A stretch of DNA of 64,000 nt from Azolla caroliniana (Eukaryota; Plantae; Polypodiophyta), in assembly GCA_043228905.1 (NCBI GenBank), contig JBHGNT010000004.1, positions 20,026,001 through 20,090,000 on the forward strand, in the 5' to 3' direction. Position 1 is the first letter of the stretch. Each line of letters begins with the position of its first letter. A program made the position numbers and the translations under genes. Shown piece after piece: positions 24,278-36,498 of this stretch. The notes beneath the pieces are model-generated. The model was not told where the DNA came from, made no database searches, and saw only the letters and a program-made list of their open reading frames with translations.

Positions 24278-27200
24278 GGCCCGAGGCCAGCCCGATCGTC
24301 TGTATCGGAGATATCCACGGATACTTTGGAAAGCTAGAGAGGCTATGGAGAAACCTTGAACTCCGCCTTGGGGCCTCCTTCCACAACTCCACAGTCATCT
24401 TCCTAGGTGACTATTGTGACCGAGGACCTGACACTTCCCGCGTCCTTGATTTCCTTTGTGATCTCCCGACTCTTTACCCTTCACAGAAACACGTCTACCT
24501 TTGCGGCAACCACGACCTCGCATTCGCATACTTCTTGAAGCTTCTTCCGTCACCTAAGCCACCTCTTCCTCGACGTGATTCCTGTAACGAGTCTTCGATC
24601 GATCGTGGTTTTGGTATTGAGTCTCTTCTTGATCGTGATTTTGGTCTTGGCCTTGAACTTTCCTCTACTTGGGATGAATTCTCTCACAATGAGGTGAGAG
24701 AAGGATGGTGGTCAGGCCCTGGTTATGAATCAATGCATGTACAAGGTCGACGCTGGGCAGGCATTATGCAAGAGAAGGTGAATGTGAAGAAAGGGACAGA
24801 GTACCAGGGATCCACCTACGATGCAGCATCCACCTTTGCTTCTTATGGCTTGCCACATGGAGATCCGGGTATGTATGTCATTGACTAATGATTATAGTGG
24901 ATACCATACGTGTATGTGTGATCATTTTTTTATGTTTGTTCTACTTCACATGGAGCTTCCCCCACTAGTATAATCTATCACAAAAGATAAATATATATAT
25001 GTACGTATGTATTTGATTGTTGATACAAGATGAAGCTGATAGCTTGCTTTATCTTGGGGATTTTATTTCAGGAGAGGGGGAGGAAATGGGGTTCACTAAA
25101 TGGAACCCCTTTTTATTGCAATCATTCAAGGGCTATATAAAAAACTCTGTTTTTGTTGCTTTTTCAAGAACAAAATTCACCTTTTACTATCACTCTCATG
25201 TCTTTTAAGTGGTTCATTGTTTAAATACTTGGAGCAAGGATGTTGGGAGAGAAGACGTTAGGCACTTTTGAAGATCAATATGATGAGAGAGAAAACTTCA
25301 GCCATCTTCAAGCATCAATATGCAAGTATAAGTTCATATGTGGGTCTTGATGGAGTTCAAAAACCTGATGTGGATTGAAGATCTTTGATGATCCACATTA
25401 GAACATTTCTCCAGGGAGTCATGGGGACAATTAAAACCTATTTAGGTAGGGGCCAATGCATATGACTTTATACATAGCATGCAGTCAAAAGTAGCATTCT
25501 CGGTCTAGTAACAGAGATCAACATGGCATCATTACCATCTCCACACTATTATTTTGAATATGTCTTCAAAAATAAGTATGAAAGCACATGTTATTTTGCT
25601 AACAAGCTCAAAGAAAGTATGTAGCTGCATTTTGGTCTCATCAATAAACAATCGAGAGATGGATTGAGCAAACTTTGTAGTTATACTTATGCAAGCTTAT
25701 GAAAGGAGTTTATCTGCCATTCATTATCATTGGTTGGAACACCAATGTCCGCTGGGCTTACCAATACTCCTTTAGTTTTAATGTATATAATGAATGATAT
25801 CTGTCTATCACTTTTATGGTAAGTTATTTTGATATCATCCTGATCTACTCCAAAATGAAGAACATAGAGAAAGTTTACCGGAGAAAGGATCATATGCCAC
25901 ATTAGAGAAATCATATTTCCATCAAAACCAAACTCTAGTTCTTTTGATATTACACTTCTATGGATCGTCAAGAATAATATAAGAGATTGAATCCATGAAG
26001 GAGATTATAGAACCACCTATTGAAAATACCTTTTTTAGTGGTCAAAATTTGTTCTAGGCAGGAGTATAGTTGATATATGATCTTTACTGAACTTGGCTTC
26101 TCTTCACAAAATCTGGACAATGAATACAGCTAGTCACAGAACTGAAAATGCATTTGTTATTCGGGGTAATCAAACTTCTAAAGAGTCTTGTTATTCCATG
26201 TATTTCTGAAGTGTTAAGAGCAATATAATGTGCATATGCAGAGGATTGATACTACTTAGAAAACACTCGGGTACATTTTCCTGCAGGTCTTAAAGACACC
26301 ATGCCAGCAAAACACAAGAAATTTCTTCAAGAACTAGTGTGGGTTTATGAGCAGGTATATTTTGGAAATATTATTCAATGGCTGATTTAGTACAAGATAA
26401 GTAATGTTTATATTCATCTAGATGTGTCATCTAATGCTAGGATGTGGATGAAGAAGTATTTGGCTTTAAAAAATTGATTGCGGTTCATGCTGGTCTGGAG
26501 AAGTCAAAACCTGTGGAAAGCCAGATGAACATCCTTCGTGAGAGAGATGTTAAACTGCCTAGAGTTGAACCTCTTAGTGGAAGGAAGAATGTATGGAATA
26601 CTCCACCTGTAAGTATGTCATGTTTTCTTGAGCTGCATTAATGTGCTTTGCATGCTAAGCACATAAAAAGGCATATGTTGGTATGCATGGCATTGGACAC
26701 AACCACTGTATGGCTCTAATATGTATGGGTGTACAGAAAAGCATAGCACGTCCTTTGTATGTTTCTAGTATGGATGGGTATGAAACATCCATTGTATGGC
26801 ATGCATGGGCAGGTAGCATGGCATTCATATGTGCATGGGATGTATGGGTATGACACAACACCATTGTCTGGCATGCATGAGTACATGGGAAGGAAGTGAT
26901 ATAGGTGCATGTCATGTATCCTATCCATGGGCATTGAGTTTGGCTTTAGATGCTTTGTCAGGTAATGTTGAAGTTGTTACACAGGCATAGCAATGGGCAC
27001 GGTTCGGTTTCAAGGCAAAGAAACTGAACCGTCTATATAAAACAAAAACCAAACCAAACCGTTTAGGGAAAAATTGAAACCAAACTGAACCATTTAATAA
27101 ATAATTTAAACCTAACCATCTAAATCAAACTAATTAAAACATTTAAATAAACAAAAATACATTAAATTAAATAAGCATTTAAGTTAAATTTATTAAATCA

Positions 27201-27688
27201 ATAAAAGAAACTTTAATTGAACCATTAAATTAATAAACTATTAAGTTAAAAAAAAGTTAACCAAAAACCTATAAACCTTTAAACCAAACCTATAAACACA
27301 AGTTTTAGAACCGAACCGAACCGTTTATTGAAAATCCAAACCAAACTAAACCACTAAATTTTTTTGGAACCAATAAACCGTTATGGTTTAACGGTTCTGT
27401 TTGGTTCGAGCCGAAACTGTGCCCGTTGCTACACATGCACATTATAATACTTGCTGTAAGTTTGATGGTAAAAATACTAATTTGCAGGAACTGGCTGAAC
27501 AAAGAGTAATGGTTGTGAGTGGACATCATGGTACAATCCATATAGATGAGCTTAGACTCATAATTGATGAGGGAGGTGGACTTCTCCACCTTCCAGTTAC
27601 AGCCATTATTCTTCCTTCAAGGGAAATGGTTCGGGACACCGATAAAAGTAACAAAGGAGAAAGTAACAAAGGAGCAAGCTCATGTTGA
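24274..27688 (+). CDS. RLPH2: Rhizobiales-like PPP-family phosphatase RLPH2 (metallophosphoesterase), 4 exons
   Basis: Exons 24274-24868, 26287-26354, 26441-26608, 27488-27688. Motifs [57 protein letters not shown] are colinear with the recalled Arabidopsis RLPH2. Confidence 0.93.
26988..27431. mobile_element. hAT-type MITE in RLPH2 intron 3
   Basis: TIRs TAGCAATGGGCACGGTT / AACTGTGCCCGTTGCTA; 8-bp TSD cacaggca / cacatgca (7/8 match); AT-rich core with AAACC/AACCG subterminal motifs. Confidence 0.85.
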
Positions 27689-28503
27689 TGGTTGCACTGG
27701 GATAGCTTGTAATAATACAAGGTTAAAATATACTGAAAATTTATACGGATGCTATCTTTGTATGAAGAAAACCTGCAAGTTTGATCCTACACAGATCTGT
27801 CATCCAAAATTAAGTTAAAAAAATTTAATTTTGCTAATTCAGGAGAAACTTTTAGGGCCGTGAAGATAAGTGTTTCCTTTATAATTAAAATTTTGATGGC
27901 GAATTAGAAATTCAATGCAAGCCTGAGAAAAGATAAGCATGCAGTTTTTGACAAAAAATTGAGTAAACTTTTGTAAAATTCCAATAGGAAACTGCTGATG
28001 CTGATTAAGTTCCAACTCTATGTAGCTACTATGTCCAACTGTCCATGTACGACATATTATCTCAAAATTTCTTCTTAAATGGTATGTCAGGATGTTTACT
28101 GTGGCTCTGCATGATTGCTCTATGAATGTTTGATGAAACTTCCAAAGTTTGAATGTACACCTTATCTTCGTAACAATAGATTCTGGTTGTATTTAGGTGC
28201 TTCAATTTGCTTGACATTGTCAAATACCTTTATCATCATTAACTTACATACTATAATTATATGCCTAACTGATCTATGGTTTGCATGGATGCAGTTCAGA
28301 CCGTGGCACATACTGACCGGCCTAGTAATGCCTTTATTCTTGACAGGATCAACTGTGTATTATTAGACGAGTTGCACTATCAAACATGAAGCTGGAGAAT
28401 TTTTTCACCTACTTAAAACCAAGTGCCTAGCCATTACAAAGATTCTGGGTGACATTAGTTCCTTAATTCTGGTAAGTGGTGATTAACAAGGTAACCAAAC
28501 GAA

Positions 28504-28576
28504 GTGCTTGTGGCATAATGGACAAGGCACTTGACTTCTAATAAAGGGATTGTGGGTTCAAATCCCACCTTGCGTG
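28504..28576 (+). pseudogene. trnR-UCU: tRNA-Arg(UCU) pseudogene, nuclear type (copy 1)
   Basis: 73 nt, GTGCTTGTGGCATAATGGACAAGGCACTTGACTTCTAATAAAGGGATTGTGGGTTCAAATCCCACCTTGCGTG. Anticodon TCT and A/B boxes present; acceptor stem has two U-U mismatches; no oligo-T terminator follows. Confidence 0.8.
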
Positions 28577-28757
28577 CTACACCAATGAGAGGAAAACATG
28601 CTTGTCTTAAAATAGACAATAACATGACATCCAATTCACACCATGCTTGTCTTAAAATAGACAATAATATGACATCCAATTCACACCGAGACTAAATAAT
28701 AACATAACCTTGAATTTCTTGCAAGGTAACCGGTGATTAACAAGGTAACTAAACCAA

Positions 28758-28830
28758 GCCCTTGTGGCCTAATGGACATGCCACTTGACTTCTAATCAAG
28801 GGATCGTGGGTTCAAGTTCCACCAGGCTTG
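28758..28830 (+). pseudogene. trnR-UCU: tRNA-Arg(UCU) pseudogene, nuclear type (copy 2)
   Basis: 73 nt with an intact anticodon arm CTTGA-CTTCTAA-TCAAG and T arm GTGGG-TTCAAGT-TCCAC; acceptor and D stems are mismatched. Confidence 0.8.
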
Positions 28831-29175
28831 CTACACCAAGGAGATGTAAATGTGATCCAATTCCTCATTGAAATCCATACACCAAGACTAAACTCTAACA
28901 TGAACCAAATCAGGCGCTTGACTTCTAATAGACAATACCATGACATCCAATCCATTGTGTAACAACCCTCGCAGAGATTGAATAATAGCATAACGCCGAA
29001 TTCCTTGCAAGGTAAGTGGTGATCAACGAGGTAACTAAATCAAGGGATTGTGGGTTCAAGTTCCACCAAGCGACACCAAAGAGATAATAGACAATAATGT
29101 GACATCCAATCCCTTGTGCAACAGCCCACACTAAGACTGAATAGTATCATAACACCGAATTCCTTGCAAGGTAAG

Positions 29176-29551
29176 AACTTGTCTCGGGAAGGATTTCCTG
29201 CTTAGATGCTTTCAGTGGTTCTTCCTTGCCAACTTAGCTACCCGGTGCTGTTGCTGGCACACAACCAGAACACCATAGGTTGACCCAACCTAGTCCTCTT
29301 GTACTAGGGTAAGCTTATCATAGTTCTCGGCAAACCAACGGTAGATAGGAACCAAACTGTCTCACGATGTTCTAAACCCAACTCACGTACCACTTTCATC
29401 AGTGAACAGCTGAACCCTTGGGAACTTATTCACCCCTAGGATATGATGAGTGGATGTCGAGGTGCCAAATGACTGCATCGATAAGAGCTCTTGGGAGTCA
29501 TCAGCCTGTTATGCCCAGCGTACCTTTGATCCGTTGAGCAAGAGCCCTTCC
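29176..29551 (-). pseudogene. rrn26: NUMT: mitochondrial-type large-subunit rRNA (rrn26) domain V-VI fragment
   Basis: The plus strand reads as the reverse complement of LSU rRNA: tgcttagatgctttcag..aactgtctcacgatgttctaaacccaactcacgtaccacttt..gaggtgccaaa..gataagagctcttgggagtcatcagcctgttat..cgtacctttgatccgttgagc. The variants cccaactcacg and gggagtcatcagcc match plant mitochondrial rrn26 as recalled. Short, with many transitions. Confidence 0.85.
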
Positions 29552-29705
29552 TGATTACCAAGATAACCAAACCAAGCCCTTGACTTCTAATAGACAATAC
29601 CGTGACATCCAATCCCTTGTGTAACAACCCTCATTGAGACTGAATAATAACGTAACACCAAATTCCTTGCAAGGTAAGTGGTGATTAACAAGGTATCTGA
29701 ACCTA

Positions 29706-29748
29706 GTGCTTGTGGCCTAATGCACAAGGCACTTGACTTCTAATTAAG
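29706..29748 (+). pseudogene. 5' half of tRNA-Arg(UCU), terminal array copy
   Basis: GTGCTTGTGGCCTAATGCACAAGGCACTTGACTTCTAATTAAG, after which similarity ends. Confidence 0.7.
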
Positions 29749-30782
29749 TTGAACTTCATGAGTAACTGCACTCCTTTTCATGCTCAACATGAATATAAAC
29801 CTAGAATATAGTGATCATTATTTCCTTCATTCCAAGATGAACTGTTAGTAACTGCACTCCGTAATTGTTATTAGGAAACACTTGAAACATTTTTGCTGTA
29901 AATTTGAAGGACTACAACAGTAGTAACCATGATTTTTCCACAAGTTTTAAGACAGTACCCATGATAAAACCCACCATTTGGAATGTATATAAACCATAAG
30001 CAAGATAGGTTATTAACTCCACGTTTCACTGTCCATTCAAATCCGGTTTCTTTGCAAAAAAATACAGTTCAAGCTTATCAAAATTATTTAACATCCAAAA
30101 CTTCACACACAATCTTGATTCAATCATACAACAAGAGAGAATCTGACACCAATCTCGAGTTGCTACCACATCTATTGGAGCTCAAATTTATTGGAAACTT
30201 GTGCCAGATTCAATCATATACAGAGAGGAAGAATCCAAATCTTTTTAGAACCCAATGTTATTTTCTCAATATTAGAATTTCTTATTCAAACGAATTGCCT
30301 TGCGAGAATGACCTTTTTGTACCTTAACATAAATCCCAAACAAACATGTATAACGTTATAGACAGAGAGACAGATAGAGAAGCAGAGAAAGACAGAGGCA
30401 TGCTCCATACAATAGCTGAGATATTTTTACATACCATTTCCAGTTTACATGTGTATGTAAATATATCAAAGTGAATTCATATTGAGCATATGTAGGTTAT
30501 TCTTAATTGATGAACATCTGATTAGAATATCTACAGTTCAATCTATTTTTCACTGGGCAAAAAAACATGAGCTATATACTGAGCAGCTATATATATATTC
30601 TGTACACCAGAAAAAGACTATCTACCAATATGATTGCCCTGTCAGCAACTTGCCAACATATAGCAGAGTCGATGCATGAGCTATTCTGCATCAAATTATC
30701 ACCCAATCATGATGTATCCTTAGAAATCTTCAAAGTACCTAATCTAGTTAGAAAAGAAGAAAAGATGCATACCTTTTTTTAA

Positions 30783-32923
30783 TTAGAAGAAGGAATTTCT
30801 GGTCAGACCCACCCTACGGCGTCCAGTCATTGCTTCCTTGAGACGGTTTACTTGGTATGTCAGGTCATTCAGCTTCTACAGAAACGTACCTATAGTTAGA
30901 GCTGAATGATTTAAAAAAAAACTTATTCATTGTGCAGATTAATTCATCCTGTGAACAATGATGACTCAAACAGTTTCAGCATGCTATACTGGCAGGAGTA
31001 GATCTAGCTCAAGTGAGTCATAATATTGATACATGAAAATTAAATGCAATAGAGAGAGAGAGAGAGAGAGTTAATATCCTTAGAACGCATTCAGATAAAT
31101 TCACAGTTGCAACACTGGTTAAGAAGACTGTTTATGTGGTTGCTAATTTTTTACAAGGGTTTTTATGATAGTGCAAACCTTGAAATATTTCACCACTCAC
31201 AAAGCCACTCATCTAAAATTTTCTTTGTTAACCACCAAAAACTTCAAAAAATCCACATCTATAATAAAATGGCATTACAACACTGGTCCCTCTTCATTGA
31301 CCATTAGAGAAAATGCAAAAAGTATAAAGACATAAACAAATTCTTAAATTTCAGATCCTCATTTACCTCTTCTTTGGCATAGAGATCAAGTTTTAACTGT
31401 TGGTTGTGGGATCGCTCCCGTTGCAATCTATATCCTACAACCACAATGCCGAAAAAAGCAGCCACGAGAGCAATAGACCAGACAGCATTTGATTTTGACT
31501 GAGTGCCTTGCAAATTAAGAAGTATTGAAGGTCGTCTCCACCATGAAACCTTTGAATTCTTATATGGAACACGATCTGCATGCAAGTTGAAAACAAAAGC
31601 AAAAGCTTTGATTGAAAAAAGTTCCATGGCTATGCTTAGGTTATTAAATTTAGCTTGCATTCATGTCACAAAGAGCGCCCCGGAACCCCAGCCAGTACAC
31701 CAGTTTTAGACATCTATCTATCATCCTTTATCACATGTCCTATCATCAATATCACCCTGAATTTTCTAGGTCCAATGGCAATATTCACTGCACAAAGTTT
31801 ATCCAGAACCTTTCGCTGATAAACAGGTTCTCATATTTACCGAAAATAACGACTTTTAAAGAGTTTCTGTTTTCTGAAACAAAGTTATCTGCTTTTAGGA
31901 TCTGTGACTATATTTAGCTTATTTCCCTGGTAAATATATCCTAGTCTTCTGTGCCAAATAGTGTGTGGTAGCCATACCTCTCTTTAAGCCGAGATTTTGT
32001 CCTCAAAAACAAAATTACTTGTGACATAACAAAACCGAAGAAGACATGCTCTTCTAAAGATCAATGAATAAGGCACTTCTTCTAACTGGTTGATCATTCC
32101 AAAGAATAACATGCTTCTTCTGTACAATTCAATTTAAAAATGAAACCACTGCACCCTAGGTAGGCAGGCAATCCCTTCCTATTTTTCTACTGTAAACAAT
32201 GGGTTTGTGCCTGTAACAGTAGCTCCCTTTCAAGAAGTACTACAAAAGGCTCTCCATACAACCTTCCGATCAATACTTTAGAAGAAGACAAAAAGTGCTT
32301 CTTCCTCTGAATTATTGTCAGGTATTACGAAAAAAAGACTGCAAACAACAGATTCTCTTTGCAAACAGTCAAGAAGATCCTTATTCTGACCACTTTCTTA
32401 AGCCGTAAAATCTAATTCTCGTGTAGTGATCCTTGCGAACTGTGAAGAATATCGTTATTCTAGCCTATTCATTAACAGCAATATGCTTCTTCTGCAGAAC
32501 TCTTCATCATCAAGGGTGTGACATATCTTAACAAAAAGGAGAATCAAAGGATCTCAGAAAGAGAAGAGCAGTACTGCTCCTTTTACACAGAGACTCCATA
32601 TCATAAAAGCATCCACATAGTTTACTCATTCTACCTGAAACCTCGACGTTCAACAGCGCTTTCTCTTCCAATGGAACATCGATATCTTCTTGAGCCAAAT
32701 CCTGAGGCTGAAACGGAGGATCTTTATGAGTAGTAGGAAACTGTAAAGCTTCAGCTTCTGTTCCGGTGGCTGGTAATTGATCGCTGCGTTTCTGAACGGG
32801 ATCGTCTTCTGGAAGCGAAGGAAGAGCTAAAGACGATGCAGACATGGTGGACATGGACAGGACCTCCCATTCGTTGGGATTCTGGGAAGAGGAGGAGGAA
32901 GAAGAAGAAGAAGAAGAAGCCAT
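30783..32923 (-). CDS. ATI1: ATG8-interacting protein ATI1/ATI2-like, 3 exons, ~196 aa
   Basis: Exons 32923-32635, 31575-31367, 30875-30783 in phase. N-terminal AIM NEWEVL, WWRR motif, TM segment WSIALVAAFFGIVVVGYRLQRER, C-terminal ..VNRLKEAMTGRRR, as in the ATI family. Confidence 0.8.
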
Positions 32924-33051
32924 TTTCTGTGACAGAGGAGGAGAAGAGGCAGCAGAAGAGGAAGAGGCAGAGGCAGAGGAGTCTTTTTTGTTTGTTTAAT
33001 TAAAATTTTACATAATTCAGTTATGTATGTATTTAGTTTGTACATATGTAC

Positions 33052-33089
33052 TAGCAATGGGCCCAGTTTCGGCTCAAACCGAACCGAAC
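33052..33089. mobile_element. Solo terminus of the same hAT-MITE family as 26988-27431
   Basis: tagcaatgggcccagtttcggctcaaaccgaaccgaac matches the reverse complement of the MITE right end (tagcaacgggcacagtttcggctcgaaccaaacagaac). Confidence 0.7.
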
Positions 33090-34799
33090 ATACATATTAT
33101 GTACAGACATTACATACATACATATTTTTCTTCAATGAGACAAAAGAAATGAACAGATTTTACCAACATTTGTGTGTGTGTGTGTCTTTGATTTGTGTGT
33201 GATTGATTGTGTGTGATGGGTAGGCATGGGGGGGGGGGGGGGGGGGGGGAGCTACAAGAGCACAGAATGGACTGTAGAGAAGGAGAGTTGGACGGGAATA
33301 ATATATGGTGAGAGTTGGACGACAATTTTTGTTCATTGAAGCAGGCCCCAAGTCTTGCCCTCATTGCACTCCTTGTCTCGCCTCTGGGCGGCCCGAAGGA
33401 GGATTCGGTCCGAACCTTCCCTCTCTCTCTCTCTCTATGGAAGAATATATATCTCGTTGGTAATTACCTAGGTTAGATGATAGGTTTGCTTGATCTGAAC
33501 TCACATACAAAGCAAAAAAAAACTTGTTGGGGGTGAGTTTGTCAAGGTAACATGTTGCTTCCTCATTCTTGCTTCGTGCTATGGTTCAGAAAGGAGAAAG
33601 TTTGCTGAATTACAGAAATTTGCCAAGCATGTTGAAGGGATTTTTGTGTGGAGAATTCAAGTCAACCTTATCCTTATGAAAGTAAAATTAGGGAACATTT
33701 TGAGGATCCATTCCTTCCACAGTGTAGAGAATTCTTCAGCTAATTTGAATGCACCAGCATGTGTTGATTGTTCAATTGAAGAAGGTCAGGATGAATCATC
33801 CTCAAAAAGGGGTTTTGCTAGACGTTCATTACATGTAGGATGGCCAATGTCATTCTTTTTAGTCTTTCACTCTGCTTCTTTGTGGTTTGTTATAGGTTAT
33901 CATGGCTAGAGCCATTGTAATGTTTTCCGCCTAAACATTTCGATATGTATGTAGAAGTTCTACTAATGAAGAATAATTTTTTTGGAAAAAAGGAGAAAGT
34001 TTGCTTTATGGATGGACGAAGGAGTCTATTCATACCTAAACTCATTTTTAGGGCATGGATGTTGTGTGGATTTATTTGGAACAATATGGTCTCTATATAC
34101 CATACCATATTTATGGAATGTTCTATGACAAAAATTTAGGTGGAACACTTCCAATAAGCAATTGTTATCGTGATACCTTAATTGTTGTCCTCCCATGTGT
34201 TACAAATAAGTCTCATATGCATAAATAAGCCCAATATTATAATTTACAACCCTCCCTTTTGGTTCTCATTCTCTCCTCGTTGCATTCCCTAAGAGCCATG
34301 TTCCTCCATTTAGCTTTTCCACACTAACTTATTGACATATACATATTTTATACTAAATAATTATCTATTTAATTGAGACACCTCATATATTTCTCATGTA
34401 TTAACTATCTAGTTAATTAATACAAACATATTTCTTAATTGTTGTAGTGATTAGATGTATGGTAATTTTAGTTTAGCTTAAGAAACCCTCAAATCTTTCA
34501 CAATTGCATGGAGTGGAGAGGTATGTGCTTTTATATTTTGAAGTTTGTAGTGGTCTCTTTACCATTGGGGAGCGACATTGTCGTATAGTTCGTGCTCGAT
34601 GTGTCGAATGTTTTTATATCGTGAGGCAATTGATTTACGACAACTTCCCCCAATTCCTTAGTTAGCCCATCATGAAGAAGGCAATCCCTTGGGGACTTGG
34701 TGGTGACCTCTTTGGAAGTGAAACATGACAAGGTATGAGTCGTATTGGTCCCTTTGGGCAAACTTGATTTGACAGTCCAATCCCTCTCAATACACAAGA

Positions 34800-35900
34800 T
34801 GAAGCAAACCTTTGTCTAATTTTTATGTAATCCAAACTTAAAGGTGAAATGGTCTCATACATGCATCCCTCAAGATTCTCATACGAAGCTTGTAGAAACG
34901 TGAAATAATCATCTACTGAAGCATGCACTACTAGTTGTCAGGCAGATGGAAAACGTAGAACCACATTATCACCATTAGTTACTACTATAATGGGATTAAT
35001 AATTATAGAAATAGCTTGTAGAAACGTGAAATAATCATCTATTGAAGCTTGCACTACTAGTTGTCAGGTGGATGGAAAACGTAGATGCACATTGTCACCA
35101 TTAGTTACTACTATAATGGGATTAATAAGTATAGAAAAAAGCAATGGGCTAAGTGAGTATCATTGGCGAATATATCTTCTGGGGGAAATATATGATGTAA
35201 CTCCATTAAGTATTAGTTGGGATACAACATCTTTCTCTAATCAAAATGTAAGGCATTACTTAGGTGAATCAACTTTGCAAATACTTTTTTAATATATATT
35301 CGAAAACCCTTGTAAATACCTATTATAAACCCCACCCCAATCAAAGAAATAGGTTACCCATCCTTAAGTTGTTGCATCTTAGCATGATCATTGATGATAG
35401 CTTTGACATTACAACGAAGAAATAATTGCTTGCAATTGAATTTTGTTAACCAGAATCTTCCCATCTCTAGTGGTGCATGAATTAATAACGCAATACAACT
35501 AGAGAGGAAGTGAGAATTGTTGAAGAAACCCTCATCTCCATTGGGCATCAATTAACCAATGCCTTGAATGAATAAACTTTATGTTTTGTGGAGTTATATT
35601 CCATGCATCTAAGTTCCTCAATGAGAGAATTAAAATGAGATTGAAGGAAGAGAGAAGAGTTAAAGCATAATGGGTTTTGCAAATCAATGATTTATACATG
35701 CCAACTAAATGATTGCAAACCTCCAAACAAATAGGGAAGTGACCGGAAGACCACACATCTTGTAGAATTCTCATACCAACTAATGATAGTAAAAAGGAAG
35801 CATTGTGCATCACATAAATTCTATCCAATAGATTCCATGTTTGTTTGCATTATTCAAATTGGAAGGTAAAACATGGATCACTCCCCGTGCATCTAACTGA
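34800..35900 (-). mobile_element. Degenerate L1-type LINE ORF2 (endonuclease end plus RT)
   Basis: MDRIYV..WSSGHFPICLEV (EN DRxY..SDHxP), RRYIRQ*YSLSPLLFSI (RQGCPLSPLLF) and VQASIDDYFTFLQAS (xADD). Contains an internal ~123-bp tandem duplication at 34890-35135. Confidence 0.7.
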
Positions 35901-36263
35901 AGAACCTCAACAACCATGTGCCCCAAGTAGTTGCTTGTGATCATCCATGATTAAAGGTTGTAATGTAGATTGTGATGCATCAGCGTATGTTAAAATCACT
36001 CATTCGTAACCTTGGGCAAGCCACACGTGAACCACATGGGCCATTACGCAATACATTCAATAGTATGGTTAGGAGCATAAACCCCCCACTGACCATACCG
36101 TCTCACCAAAATGAGTGATTTCTATTGTCAAAAGTGAAAACACAAATTTATAGTTATTGTATATAAAACCCATTGTTACAACTTTTGTGGCCTTTCTATG
36201 TAGGTAGAGGGACATCTTTTAAAGCCATTAGAAAACCTAAATATGAATGATCGCCACACGCTC

Positions 36264-36498
36264 CAACATCCAAAAATTTCAAATGAGAATGCCTTTCAAC
36301 TTCTTAACATAGGCTCTCACCCCATGTCCCCATGTCGTTGCTGCAACATCCAAACGTTTCACATGAGAATGCCATTCAACTTCTTAACATAGGCTTTCAC
36401 CCCATGTCCCCATGTCGTTGCTGCAACATCCAAACGTTTCACATGAGAATGCCATTCAACTTCTTAACATAGGCTTTCACCCCATGTCCTCATGTCGT
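36264..36498. repeat. 80-bp tandem repeat, ~3 copies
   Basis: caacatccaaa..tttca.atgagaatgcc.ttcaacttcttaacataggct.tcaccccatgtc.ccatgtcgt repeated with an 80-nt period. Confidence 0.9.

Larger units (their letters stand above)
28460..29750 (+). repeat. Decaying tandem array of tRNA-Arg(UCU)-plus-spacer units
   Basis: The spacer tail gcaaggtaagtggtgattaacaaggtaac is seen five times (~28470, 28720, 29005, 29165 interrupted, 29670), usually preceded by agacaata..tgacatccaatc..gagactgaataat..cataac.ccgaattcctt. Each is followed by a whole or partial tRNA. Confidence 0.85.

Noticed and set aside
24274-27688. Recent horizontal transfer of a bacterial phosphatase
   Set aside because: RLPH is an established plant family of ancient bacterial affinity, and this copy has normal introns.
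29176-29551. Functional rRNA gene or organellar/bacterial contig
   Set aside because: Only 376 bp, mutated at conserved positions, and flanked by spliceosomal-intron genes.
28460-29750. CRISPR-like acquisition system (repeat array capturing an rRNA 'spacer')
   Set aside because: There is only one foreign insert, units are irregular and degenerate, and no associated enzyme is present. Ordinary NUMT capture explains it.
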